Shown piece by piece: positions 1 through 8,753 of a stretch of 46,988 bases of DNA. Source of the stretch: Brevibacterium luteolum (GTDB lineage Bacteria > Actinomycetota > Actinomycetes > Actinomycetales > Brevibacteriaceae). How positions within the stretch are numbered: the first letter of the stretch is position 1; every line of letters starts with the position of its first letter. The notes under the pieces are model-generated. The model ran no database searches and had not been told where the DNA came from. It was given only the letters and a program-made list of their open reading frames with translations. The stretch lies in NCBI RefSeq assembly GCF_013004595.1, contig NZ_JABEMC010000013.1, positions 1-46,988 on the forward strand, read 5' to 3'. The translations under genes and the position numbers were made by a program.

Positions 1-125
1 ATCACCGCAAGCGTCGGCAACGGCGTTTGGGTAAACTGACCCCGGTTGAATACGAGCTTGTTCATCACAAGGCCGTCGCTCTGGCGGCGTAAACCCCGGA
101 GTCAACCAAACCTTCAGCAGTCCCA
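1..125 (+). mobile_element. 3' end of IS3-family element A (OrfB C-terminus and right inverted repeat)
   Basis: 3..92 reads HRKRRQRRLGKLTPVEYELVHHKAVALAA*, an IS3 OrfB-like tail. 100..124 (agtcaaccaaaccttcagcagtccc) is the exact reverse complement of 46863..46887. Confidence 0.9.
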
Positions 126-258
126 ACGGCTGCATTCAGCGATTGACTACCGACCGCCTATCGAGGTCCATTCCGAATGGATCAACCAGTCTGCGACAGA
201 GTCCGCTGCTGCTTAGGAAATCAAGAAAAGGAGCCTCTACAAAACCCGGGGCTTGACA
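126..258 (+). mobile_element. 3' end of a second IS3-family element B, interrupted by element A
   Basis: 127..216 reads RLHSAIDYRPPIEVHSEW...AAA*, matching the IS3 OrfB RLHSxxxYxPP tail. It is followed by an IR-like end gcctctacaaaacccggggcttgaca that terminates in CA at 258. Confidence 0.8.
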
Positions 259-1118
259 CCGTGGTTAGTACAGCTAGCCCGCATCCCGGTGCCAACCCCG
301 ACGCGACCGGCCGGTCCGTGCTGTATGGCGTCCTGCAACACGTTGTGGCCGAGCTGTCCGCGCACGAGACCATCACCGCCGAACAGGAGCACTGGGGCTC
401 GATCGCCCAACTTGCCGCCGAGTACGAGACCATCGCCGCCGCAGCCCAACACGACCGCTGGGCCACCCTCATCCGGTCCTCCGGACTCACCGCCGAACAA
501 GCCGACGCCGCGATCGAGTCTGACGCGTTCGGGGCGCTCACCGCCGAGCTGCGCCGGGCTGAGGCCAACCACCACGACGTAGACCGCTTGTTCCCGCGCC
601 TGGTCGCCGCGCGCGGGTTCGCCGATGCTGACGAGATCGCCTCCGTCCTGCACTACCGCGTAGCCCGCGCCACCGCCCACCCGGCCGGCTCAGGCCGCAC
701 CCGCAAGACGCCACGGCTCATCGCCGGACTGATCCCATCCGTGGATGGTCCGATGGCAGGCGAGATGCGCAAGGCGCTCGATGAACGTCGCCAGCTCATC
801 GAGCAGCGCACCAGCACCGTCCTGGATAGCGCCCTCACTGACCAAGAGCCCTGGACTGCCGCGCTCGGCCCGGTGCCCGAGGGCGAGAAAGAAGCGAAGG
901 CGTGGCGGCGCGATGCCAGAGTGGTGGCGACCTACCGCGACCGCTATCAGGTCACCAGCAGCCGCGCTCTCGGTCCCGAACCAGAGAGCGCGGCGCAGAA
1001 GATTGACCATGCCCGCGCCGATGCCGCTCTCCTCCGCGCACAGGCCATCACCAAGCCTCAACAGGACGGACCGGGACGGCGTCCAATCGCAAATCAGCCG
1101 ATCGGCCCGCGACTGTGA
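259..1118 (+). pseudogene. C-terminal remnant of a MobF/TraA-type conjugative relaxase
   Basis: The segment ATGRSVLYGVLQHV.AELSAHETI..EQE.WGSIAQLAAEYETIAAAAQHDRW resembles the C-terminal region of actinobacterial MobF relaxases. The 5' part is replaced by IS sequence and no HUH domain is present. Confidence 0.7.
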
Positions 1119-1145
1119 GCCCTTCAAGACGTCAGAACTCGGGCG

Positions 1146-1264
1146 TATCGTAGAAGCGAGGCAGGTTTCTCCTCACCACTCGGCCACACGCGGTCGGCCC
1201 GACTTCGGGCCCTTCTCAACGCACTGCCTCCTCAGGTGAAACGTGCGATTGAGAGGAGCCGAAC
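1146..1264 (+). promoter_or_regulatory. Putative promoter and structured 5' leader occluding the SD
   Basis: TATCGT -10-like hexamer at 1146. Stem 1212-1224/1243-1256 covers GAGAGG. Two CTCCTC anti-SD hexamers lie at 1169 and 1228. Confidence 0.45.
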
Positions 1265-1618
1265 ATGTTCCGCCTCCTGATAGTGGTCAGCATCCACATC
1301 CGGAACTTCCTGCGCCGCTACATGCCCACCAACATCCTCGCTGACCTCATACGGACCAGACGCGGCATGAAGTGGGGGCTATCAGCGATGATGCTGGCCA
1401 TCCCGTACTTTGCCGCCGCCGTCTGGCTCGTCGGCCTGATCGATCAGGGAGCGCCAGGCTGGCTGCACCTACTCGTCCTGCTGACGATCTGGAACGGGTT
1501 CAAGATGCTCTGGCTCGGACCTGCAAGCGTCGCTTGGCTCACCCGAGCCCGCCTCCGTGAGGCCGCTGCACGTCGACGACAGCAGCGAGCCGCCCCGCTG
1601 TCAGGCTCGACCGTCTAG
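1265..1618 (+). CDS. Small membrane protein typical of actinobacterial mobilizable elements
   Basis: 117 aa with a GAGGAG SD, 2-3 hydrophobic segments and basic termini, directly downstream of the relaxase. Confidence 0.8.
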   Translation: MFRLLIVVSIHIRNFLRRYMPTNILADLIRTRRGMKWGLSAMMLAIPYFAAAVWLVGLIDQGAPGWLHLLVLLTIWNGFKMLWLGPASVAWLTRARLREAAARRRQQRAAPLSGSTV

Positions 1619-1705
1619 CCAGACGATCCCGAGGACCTTCACGCTGCGTCGCTCAGACGCCCGAGAACCGCAGTCATGTCGGGCACCTGCCGTAGAATTT
1701 CACCT

Positions 1706-4700
1706 ATGTCATCTGATCGACCGGCGCGGCAACCAGCACCGAGTTCTGCCGTGCCCGTCCTTCGGAGTCTCGGACCCGCGTACGAAGAGGACCTCCACGG
1801 ACGCAACGCTGCTATCCTCCTCGACGTCCTAACTGACAAGTCCGCAACAGCTGCGAAGAACATCGCTCTTGCGGGTCACTACGGCAGTGGCAAGAGCAGC
1901 GTCATCCTTGGTGTCCAGGAGGGTTTAGACGAACGCAGTACCAAGTGGGTCAACTTGTCGTTGTCGAGCCTGGGAATCGATGACACGAAGCGGGCACGCA
2001 TCCAGCAGGACGGGTCGCTTGCGCCCTTGACGAACCTCATCCAGAAGGAGATCGTCAAGCAGCTCCTCTATCGGAAGCCGCCTTCGGACATGCCGGGGTC
2101 AAGGTACTTTCGCATCGACTCATTCAAACCTTGGCCAGCCTTGATGTGGGGCGGTGTCGTAGCAGTCGGATTCTTCGTAGTGGCCGTTCTTCTTGGGCTG
2201 GTCAATCGCATCGAAGACGTGGCACCCGCGAGCGTGGTCAACAGTCATTCGTGGGTAGCTTGGGCCACTGTCGGCGCCCTCGGCGCGTTCGTGGGCGGAG
2301 TCTGGTTCTTAGGCCTCCGCGTCCTTCAGAACCGGATACGAGTGGAGAGCGTCTCCGCCGGCGGGGCAGCGGTCAAGCTGAGCGCGAAAGAAAACTCGTA
2401 CTTCGACGAGTACCTGGACGAGATTGTCTACTTCTTCCAGCGGACGAAGACCAAGGTCGCGATCTTTGAGGATCTAGACCGGTTCAAGGACCCGCACATC
2501 TTCGAGACCCTGCGGGAGCTAAACACCGTCTTGAACAACTCCGAGCAGATCAAGTCACGGCCGATTCAGTTCGTCTACGCAGTCCGGGACAGCATCTTCG
2601 AGGAAATTCAAGTAGACACAGAATCCGACGGTGAAGATACCAAGACTTCGGCCCGCCATGCGTCTGCGTTGGAGTCTGCACCTTCGGCGAACAGGACGAA
2701 GTTTTTCGACCTGGTAGTGCCGATGGTTCCGTTCATCACCCACCGTTCGGCACGGGACCTGCTCGCGGCCGAGTTCTCCAAAGCGGACCACCAGCCGTCT
2801 ACCGCATTGGTCAACCTTGTCGGCGCCCATCTGACCGACATGCGCGTAATCCGCAACATCAGAAACGAGTACGAGATCTATCGCGCATCCGTGCTCGGCG
2901 AGAATGGGCTCAAAGGACTTACCGCAGACCGCCTGTTCGCGATGATGGTTTACAAGAACCTCCACCTGGAAGACTTCGAAGCCATCCGGCTCGGCACAAG
3001 CAAGATCGACGAGGCACACCGGGCCTTCCACAAGATGGTCGAGTATCAAACTCGACGTCAAGCGGTGCGCAGCAAGACGGCGCAGAACCGAGTGAGGACA
3101 AAAGCTCTCTGGGACAAGCATGCGCAGACAGCCGGGGAGCGGCTACAAGAGGTGCTGCCGATCGTCTACCGAGCGACAGGGCGCGGAGGTAAGCCGGTCC
3201 TTCGATACCAGTCGCAGGACTACCAACTGTCAGACCTGACATCAGGTGACTTCTGGAGGTCATTGTACGAGAATCGCGACTCGGTACATCTCCTTCGCTC
3301 AGGATACAGCGGCATCGAACTGTCATTCGACGAACTGATCTCGCTGACCGGGACTGGCACGGATGGGTTGAACGACGCCGTGGACGCTGATGTTGCCCGC
3401 CTTCAGCGCGACTCCCGGGTGGCACTTGAGACTAAAGACTTCGTCACGAAGTCCACGATGGCGGACCTTATCGCTAGGACGGACCTCGTCATGCCAACCA
3501 CGGATGGCGACGAACGCAATTTGGACTCCATCATCAGCGAACTTGTATCTCCTTTGGGGCGCGATCTGCTGGCTAAGGGCTACATCGACGAGAACTTCAC
3601 TCTGTACTGCTCGGACTACCATGACATCGCGATCAGCGTGAGTGCGATGAACTTCATCCTTCACTGCGTCCAAGCCGATCGCGCAGCTCCCCACTTTCAC
3701 TTCGATGAGGCTAGCTCGATCGAAGCAGTTGAGAAGGAGATGGGTTCCCGCTTCCTCGACGGCGAAAGTGTCTTTAACGTCGAAGTGTTTGACTACTACT
3801 TGCCTGCACGTCCCGAACACCTCGACAAGGCCATCGATAAGCTCGCCGCGCGTTCGGGGGATGACTCCTCTTTCCTCGACGCCTACCTGATAGACGGCGA
3901 ATCTCGTGATGGGCTCATAAGTCGATTGGCGCCGCGCTGGGACGGTGTTTTCATTTATCTGGTCGAGAAGGCACCGCTAGAACTCGAAGTAGTCGTGGCC
4001 CTCGTTGATGCGGCTATCACGAGCGCCGCGCAGGACACAGACTACGAAGCGTCTGACCAGGTCGCGGAGTTCGTGTCGGAGCACTACGCCCAGATGCAGG
4101 CATTTGTTGGCGAGACGGACGCGGTGAAGGCGACCGACCTGATTGCTCTTCTGCGTCGTCTCGGCGCGCAGATAAGCGATCTCGGTGTGCTCGGAGAGAC
4201 ACAGCGCAAGGCAGCGGTGGCCGCAGGCCTTTACCCGGTCGCGCGGATGAACCTGTCGGTCGCTCTCGGCGAAAGCACCGGTCTAGCGCTTGACGTCATG
4301 AACGCTGCCGATGACTCGGTCTACAGGCATGTGCTCGCGAACCTGGACGACTACCTTGACATCCTCCAAGACGACGAGGTGACCGTCGAGAGTCCAGACG
4401 CATTCGTTGCTGTGCTCGGTGACGTCGCAGATGCAGCCGAGTTTGCGGTGCGCCTCGTCGCGGCACGTGCGGCGGACTCCTGCGAAGTTGCCGACCTGAC
4501 GGACCTCGACGACGGAGCATGGGGACAAGTGGTGTCGGCAGGTCGGTTCGCGCCGACTGTCTGGAACGTGAGCCACTTCGTCAGCAAGTTCGGAGTCAAC
4601 GATGAACTGATCGAGAACCTCGGCACGGTCAACCTCACCAAGGCCGAGGAAGTAGAAGAAGAGCCCAGGCTGGGGCTTGCATATGCACTGGCCAACTCCG

Positions 4701-5380
4701 GTGCGTTGGAGTCGACAGCAGCCGTCCGCCTACTCGGGCAGCTCGACCTGGCCGATGGCTTGGACCCCGAACACTTGTCCGATGTCGGCCTCGCCCTCCT
4801 TCCAGCGCTGCTAGAGAAGGACCTGGTGTTTGATACCGCCGACACGTACGCCCTCGTGAGTGACCGCCCGTTCGCATTCCGCGAGGAGTACTTCGCAGCG
4901 TCCAAGCAACTGGCGTCGTACGTATGCGAGTTGGAGTTGTCGAGCGACGATCTGGCTCAAGTGATGCGGAGTCGACGCCTGACACCAGCTGTGAAGCGCG
5001 CGATCGCCGACGACGTAGATTTCGTCACTGATCGTCTGTCCCGGCAGAGCGTGATCGCGTTTTGCCAGTGGGCAAGCAAAGGCAACAACGTCTCTATTGA
5101 ACTACTAGTCAAGCTTGCCGAGGCTGGTGCGCCGGCCGAGCACGTTCTGGGTCTGCTAGAGCCGCATCTCCCCGACATAGAACTCGGGCTACTAGATCAA
5201 ATCCTGCTCGGATTGGGCGACGACTATGAGCCTCTGACCAGAACCGGTTACCATCGTCCGCGCTTGAAGGACCGCGACGGAACTGAGGAACTGCTCAAAG
5301 CGTTGCAGAGTCGCAACAGAGTCAGTTCCTTCGGTCCAGCAAAACTACTCGGCGGAATCCGAGTCAACATGCGGCACTGA
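1706..5380 (+). CDS. YobI/Tmn-like transmembrane KAP-family P-loop NTPase (probable anti-phage protein)
   Basis: Walker A NIALAGHYGSGKS, two TM helices inside the NTPase domain, Walker B VAIFEDLDRF, RTKFFDLVVPMVPFIT, and a long helical C-terminus. ATG 1706 lies 7 nt after TAGAAT (leaderless); the ORF track starts at 1676. Confidence 0.85.
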   Translation: MSSDRPARQPAPSSAVPVLRSLGPAYEEDLHGRNAAILLDVLTDKSATAAKNIALAGHYGSGKSSVILGVQEGLDERSTKWVNLSLSSLGIDDTKRARIQQDGSLAPLTNLIQKEIVKQLLYRKPPSDMPGSRYFRIDSFKPWPALMWGGVVAVGFFVVAVLLGLVNRIEDVAPASVVNSHSWVAWATVGALGAFVGGVWFLGLRVLQNRIRVESVSAGGAAVKLSAKENSYFDEYLDEIVYFFQRTKTKVAIFEDLDRFKDPHIFETLRELNTVLNNSEQIKSRPIQFVYAVRDSIFEEIQVDTESDGEDTKTSARHASALESAPSANRTKFFDLVVPMVPFITHRSARDLLAAEFSKADHQPSTALVNLVGAHLTDMRVIRNIRNEYEIYRASVLGENGLKGLTADRLFAMMVYKNLHLEDFEAIRLGTSKIDEAHRAFHKMVEYQTRRQAVRSKTAQNRVRTKALWDKHAQTAGERLQEVLPIVYRATGRGGKPVLRYQSQDYQLSDLTSGDFWRSLYENRDSVHLLRSGYSGIELSFDELISLTGTGTDGLNDAVDADVARLQRDSRVALETKDFVTKSTMADLIARTDLVMPTTDGDERNLDSIISELVSPLGRDLLAKGYIDENFTLYCSDYHDIAISVSAMNFILHCVQADRAAPHFHFDEASSIEAVEKEMGSRFLDGESVFNVEVFDYYLPARPEHLDKAIDKLAARSGDDSSFLDAYLIDGESRDGLISRLAPRWDGVFIYLVEKAPLELEVVVALVDAAITSAAQDTDYEASDQVAEFVSEHYAQMQAFVGETDAVKATDLIALLRRLGAQISDLGVLGETQRKAAVAAGLYPVARMNLSVALGESTGLALDVMNAADDSVYRHVLANLDDYLDILQDDEVTVESPDAFVAVLGDVADAAEFAVRLVAARAADSCEVADLTDLDDGAWGQVVSAGRFAPTVWNVSHFVSKFGVNDELIENLGTVNLTKAEEVEEEPRLGLAYALANSGALESTAAVRLLGQLDLADGLDPEHLSDVGLALLPALLEKDLVFDTADTYALVSDRPFAFREEYFAASKQLASYVCELELSSDDLAQVMRSRRLTPAVKRAIADDVDFVTDRLSRQSVIAFCQWASKGNNVSIELLVKLAEAGAPAEHVLGLLEPHLPDIELGLLDQILLGLGDDYEPLTRTGYHRPRLKDRDGTEELLKALQSRNRVSSFGPAKLLGGIRVNMRH

Positions 5381-5475
5381 TGATGACAGCCATTTTGACC
5401 GTAGTTTAGATAGACCCGGGTAGCTTGCTTGGCTAAAGACCTCGATGATGCCAGAGGGCTGAGAAGGATATCGGT

Positions 5476-6003
5476 ATGCGCCTTGTTGATTTCACTGACC
5501 TGGCGCAACGATGTCGCGAGAGCGGTTACGGCATCACAGAGTTCCAACGACAAGACATGGTCGCCGACCTGCGCTGGCCGGCCGATGTCATCGAGCAGTG
5601 GATCTACGACCACGCAGGCAATGCTTCCTTCCTCCGAGATTATGAGAACGTCGATCTCGCACAGGTCGACTGGCAGGTTGAAGCGCTGCCAGTTGACACG
5701 TTCATGACGATGCAAACTGGACCATCCGACCGGAATGCTATTGAGGCCGTCGCGGACGATCCGGATCATTGGATCTCCGTGCGTAACCAAGGCCAGCACC
5801 TGGGCGTGGGACTCGCCTGGGAGGTTCACGGCACTTGGAAGCGTTGGCCGATCGTCATAGATCAGGCGCTGCTTCACCCCGCATCGAGCGGCGTTCAACT
5901 TGTGGAAGGACGCACTCGCGTCGGCATCCTGCGCGGTCGTCAGCGGCAAGGAAAGCTCGTCGCCAACATGCATCTGGCTTGGGTCGGTCGCCAACGTGGA
6001 TGA
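5476..6003 (+). CDS. Hypothetical protein with a ParB/sulfiredoxin-like C-terminal motif
   Basis: 175 aa with an AAGGA SD. GTWKRWPIVID...QLVEGRTRVGIL resembles the ParB-N PIxV...LxDGxxR pattern. Confidence 0.6.
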   Translation: MRLVDFTDLAQRCRESGYGITEFQRQDMVADLRWPADVIEQWIYDHAGNASFLRDYENVDLAQVDWQVEALPVDTFMTMQTGPSDRNAIEAVADDPDHWISVRNQGQHLGVGLAWEVHGTWKRWPIVIDQALLHPASSGVQLVEGRTRVGILRGRQRQGKLVANMHLAWVGRQRG

Positions 6004-6025
6004 CATCGTCCCTCTCCGAACTTGA

Positions 6026-6451
6026 CTAGAGAGACGGACGGCGGCCACGTTGGCGAATCGTCCCGCCAGAAGTGACGACCGCAGAGCGCACCGTCTCGTC
6101 ACCGACACCCAACTTGGCAGCGACCTCTTCGAGCGTCATGCCCTTCTCGTACAGCCGCGCAGCTTCTCGACGCCCGCGCTCATCCAGACCACGACGACGC
6201 ACCGCGACACCTGCCTGTGCGGCGAGCCGATGCACAGTCGTGCGATGTATCCCGAACCGCCGCACCAGCTCGTCGACCGGTACTCCCTTGGCGTACTGCT
6301 CCGCCAGCGCAGCCCGATTCGGGACGCTCAAACGGGTTTGAGGACGAGGCGAATTCTTCGTGACCGGGCCGCGCACATCCTCGACAGGCTGACGCTCAGG
6401 ACGCGACACCGAGCGCCGCGTTCCCCTCAGAACCCGGCGAATCAGCGTCAT
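6026..6451 (-). CDS. Tandem helix-turn-helix DNA-binding protein
   Basis: Two HTH motifs, GVPVDELVRRFGIHRTTVHRLA and GMTLEEVAAKLGVGDETVRSAV. The start is uncertain; the ORF is open to 6508. Confidence 0.7.
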   Translation of the reverse strand: MTLIRRVLRGTRRSVSRPERQPVEDVRGPVTKNSPRPQTRLSVPNRAALAEQYAKGVPVDELVRRFGIHRTTVHRLAAQAGVAVRRRGLDERGRREAARLYEKGMTLEEVAAKLGVGDETVRSAVVTSGGTIRQRGRRPSL

Positions 6452-6541
6452 GAGGGGCTTGCGCGGGTTTGAGAACCACCCAGCGAGGTGCACCAGCAAT
6501 ACCAGCACAAAACGCCTGGTCAGCCGCTCAAACCAGCACCG

Positions 6542-6691
6542 TGAACCGTCCTGGGTTTCATTCCTAGATAGTGGTCAAAGACGGCTCACCCCAGACAGCG
6601 CGCTACTTCATCCGTAGTAAGTGCGCTACTTCAATCTGTAGTAAGTGCGCTACTTCATCTGTAGCATAGGAACGAGACCCAGGACGGTTCA
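6542..6691. mobile_element. 150-bp MITE or internally deleted IS3-type element
   Basis: 25-bp terminal IRs at 6542-6566 and 6667-6691 with 23/25 identity, TG...CA ends, a TGAACCG start like IS3-family ends, and no transposase. Confidence 0.8.
6600..6664. repeat. Three tandem 23-24 bp repeats, the third partial
   Basis: gcgctacttcatccgtagtaagt / gcgctacttcaatctgtagtaagt / gcgctacttcatctgtag. Each contains a CTAC...GTAG inverted pair. Confidence 0.95.
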
Positions 6692-6728
6692 GGTCTGAAA
6701 GTCACCACACAACGATTGGAGATTCGCC

Positions 6729-7895
6729 ATGAAGGCTGTTGTCTATCAGGGCCCCAGAGATGTCGCGGTCACGGATGTTCCGGACGCCAAGATCGAGCGG
6801 CCGACTGATGTGCTGGTCAAGGTGACAGCAACCAACATCTGCGGCTCGGACCTGCACATGTACGAGGGCCGGACCTCCTTCGAGCAGGGCCGGACCTTCG
6901 GTCACGAGAACATGGGAGAGGTGGTGGAGGTCGGCCAGGGAGTGGAGAAGGTCAAGGTGGGCGACCGGGTCGTGCTGCCGTTCAATATCTCGTGCGGTTT
7001 CTGCAAGAACTGCGAGCGCGGGCTCACGAACTACTGCCTGACGACGCAGCCTGACCCGTCGGCCGCCGGCGCGGCCTACGGTTTCGCCGAAATGGGCTCG
7101 TACGGCGGCGGGCAGGCAGAACTGCTCCGGGTGCCCTTCGGCGACCACAACGCGCTGCGCCTGGGTGAGGACGCGGAGGAGAAGGAGAACGACTACGTCA
7201 TGCTCTCCGACATCTTCCCCACCGGCTACCATGCCACTGAGATGGCCGGCGTGGTTCCGGGCGACAGCGTCGTCATCGCCGGGGCCGGTCCCGTGGGACT
7301 GATGGCCGCCTTGTCCGCGACGATCAAGGGCGCCGCGAAGGTGATGGTGGTCGATCGCCACCCCGACCGGCTCGCGCTGGCCGAGCAGATCGGCGCGATT
7401 GCCATCGACGACTCCAAGACCGACCCTGTGCAGGCCGTGCTGGACGAGACAATGGGACTCGGAGCCGACCGCGGCTGCGAGTGCGTGGGCTACCAGGCTC
7501 ACGATCCCCAGGGCAACGAAGATCCGGCTGCCACCCTGAACATGCTCATCAACTCGGTCCGTTTCACCGGCGGGATCGGAACCGTCGGCGTGTTCGTCCC
7601 TCAGGATCCTGGGGCCAAGGACGACCTGGCCAAACAGGGCAAGGCGGCTGTCGACTTCGGCTTGCACTGGTTCAAGGGGCAGACCATGGGCAACGGTCAA
7701 TGCCCAGTCAAGAAGTACAACCGCCAGCTGCGCGACCTGATTGCGGCTGGGAAGGCGAAGCCGTCATGGATCGTCTCCCACGAGATTTCGCTGGAGCAGG
7801 CAGCCGACGCCTACAAGAACTTCGACTCCAGGGCCGAGGGCTGGACCAAGGTCGTCATCAAGCCCGGGATGTCGAGCGGAGAGAAGGCGAGCTGA
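6729..7895 (+). CDS. Glutathione-independent formaldehyde dehydrogenase-like Zn-dependent ADH
   Basis: TNICGSDLHMY, GHENMG, CGFCKNC...C Zn site, LSDIFPTGYH and GAGPVG. Confidence 0.9.
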   Translation: MKAVVYQGPRDVAVTDVPDAKIERPTDVLVKVTATNICGSDLHMYEGRTSFEQGRTFGHENMGEVVEVGQGVEKVKVGDRVVLPFNISCGFCKNCERGLTNYCLTTQPDPSAAGAAYGFAEMGSYGGGQAELLRVPFGDHNALRLGEDAEEKENDYVMLSDIFPTGYHATEMAGVVPGDSVVIAGAGPVGLMAALSATIKGAAKVMVVDRHPDRLALAEQIGAIAIDDSKTDPVQAVLDETMGLGADRGCECVGYQAHDPQGNEDPAATLNMLINSVRFTGGIGTVGVFVPQDPGAKDDLAKQGKAAVDFGLHWFKGQTMGNGQCPVKKYNRQLRDLIAAGKAKPSWIVSHEISLEQAADAYKNFDSRAEGWTKVVIKPGMSSGEKAS

Positions 7896-7896
7896 T

Positions 7897-8313
7897 ATGG
7901 CCGCGGATCTGGCGGGCACGTTCACCGTCGACGGGGTGGACGCCGACGCCTCGGTGGGCGACCACGACGCCCTGCTGCTTCCCGGCGGCACGGTAAACCC
8001 CGACCAGCTCCGGGTCGATAAGGACGGCGTTTCCTTCGTCCGCGACTTCGTTCGGAGCGGCAGGCCAGTGGCGGCGATCTGTCACGGGCCGTGGACGCTG
8101 ATCGAGGCTGGCGTGGCCGCCGGTCGCACCCTGACCTCGTTCCCGAACATCCGCACCGACCTGTGCAACGCCGGCGCCGACGTCGTCGACCAGGACGTGG
8201 TGGTCGACAAGAATCTCATCACCAGCCGCTCGCCGGAGGACCTACCGGCGTTCTCCGAGGCGATAGTGTCCCGACTCGCGGGCACCACGACAAAGGAAGA
8301 GGAGAAGCCATGA
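7897..8313 (+). pseudogene. PfpI/DJ-1 (YhbO-like) protein with an in-frame N-terminal deletion
   Basis: DALLLPGG, AICHGPW and LITSRSPEDLPAF are present. It is only 138 aa and lacks the first strand/helix carrying the conserved Glu. Confidence 0.7.
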
Positions 8314-8612
8314 GTGTGACCAAGGGATTGCTGGTCAGGTTTGACGCGTTACCCGGGAAGGAGGACGACGTGAAGGAGTTCCTTGACAGCGGCCGTGCGC
8401 TTGTTGAAGACGAGCAGGCGACCACCGCGTGGTTCGCGATCCGCCTCGGGCCGACCTCGTTCGGGATCTTCGACGTGTTCCCGGATGACGCCGGACGTGA
8501 TACCCACCTGTCCGGCCCTGTTGCGGCAGCTCTCGGCGAGCAGACCGGCACGTTGTTCTCCGAACCCACGATCGAAAAGCTCGACGTACTGGGCTCCAAA
8601 CTCCCCGCCTGA
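8310..8612 (+). CDS. Antibiotic biosynthesis monooxygenase (ABM) family protein
   Basis: 100 aa with LLVRFDALPGKE...FGIFDVFPDDAGRDTHL and an ATGA overlap with the upstream gene. Confidence 0.85.
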   Translation: MSVTKGLLVRFDALPGKEDDVKEFLDSGRALVEDEQATTAWFAIRLGPTSFGIFDVFPDDAGRDTHLSGPVAAALGEQTGTLFSEPTIEKLDVLGSKLPA

Positions 8613-8753
8613 CACCACAGACCGGGAGTACTGGCCCAGAGAGGAGGGGTCGCTGCGCGCGGTGACTTCGGGCTTACACAGCCCGCTGACGTCGTTGCAG
8701 CGGCCCCTTCTCCTGCGGCCCACCGCTAATCACCAACAGATCAAGGAACCGCG

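Noticed and set aside
177..258. ORF-track start of the 313-aa ORF
   Set aside because: The first ~27 codons are IS B sequence fused by chance to the relaxase remnant.
1265..1618. Sulfate permease label sometimes given to similar proteins
   Set aside because: 117 aa is far too short and it has no SulP/STAS features.
6600..6664. Possible mini-CRISPR array
   Set aside because: The repeats are directly adjacent with no unique spacers, and there are no cas genes in the window.
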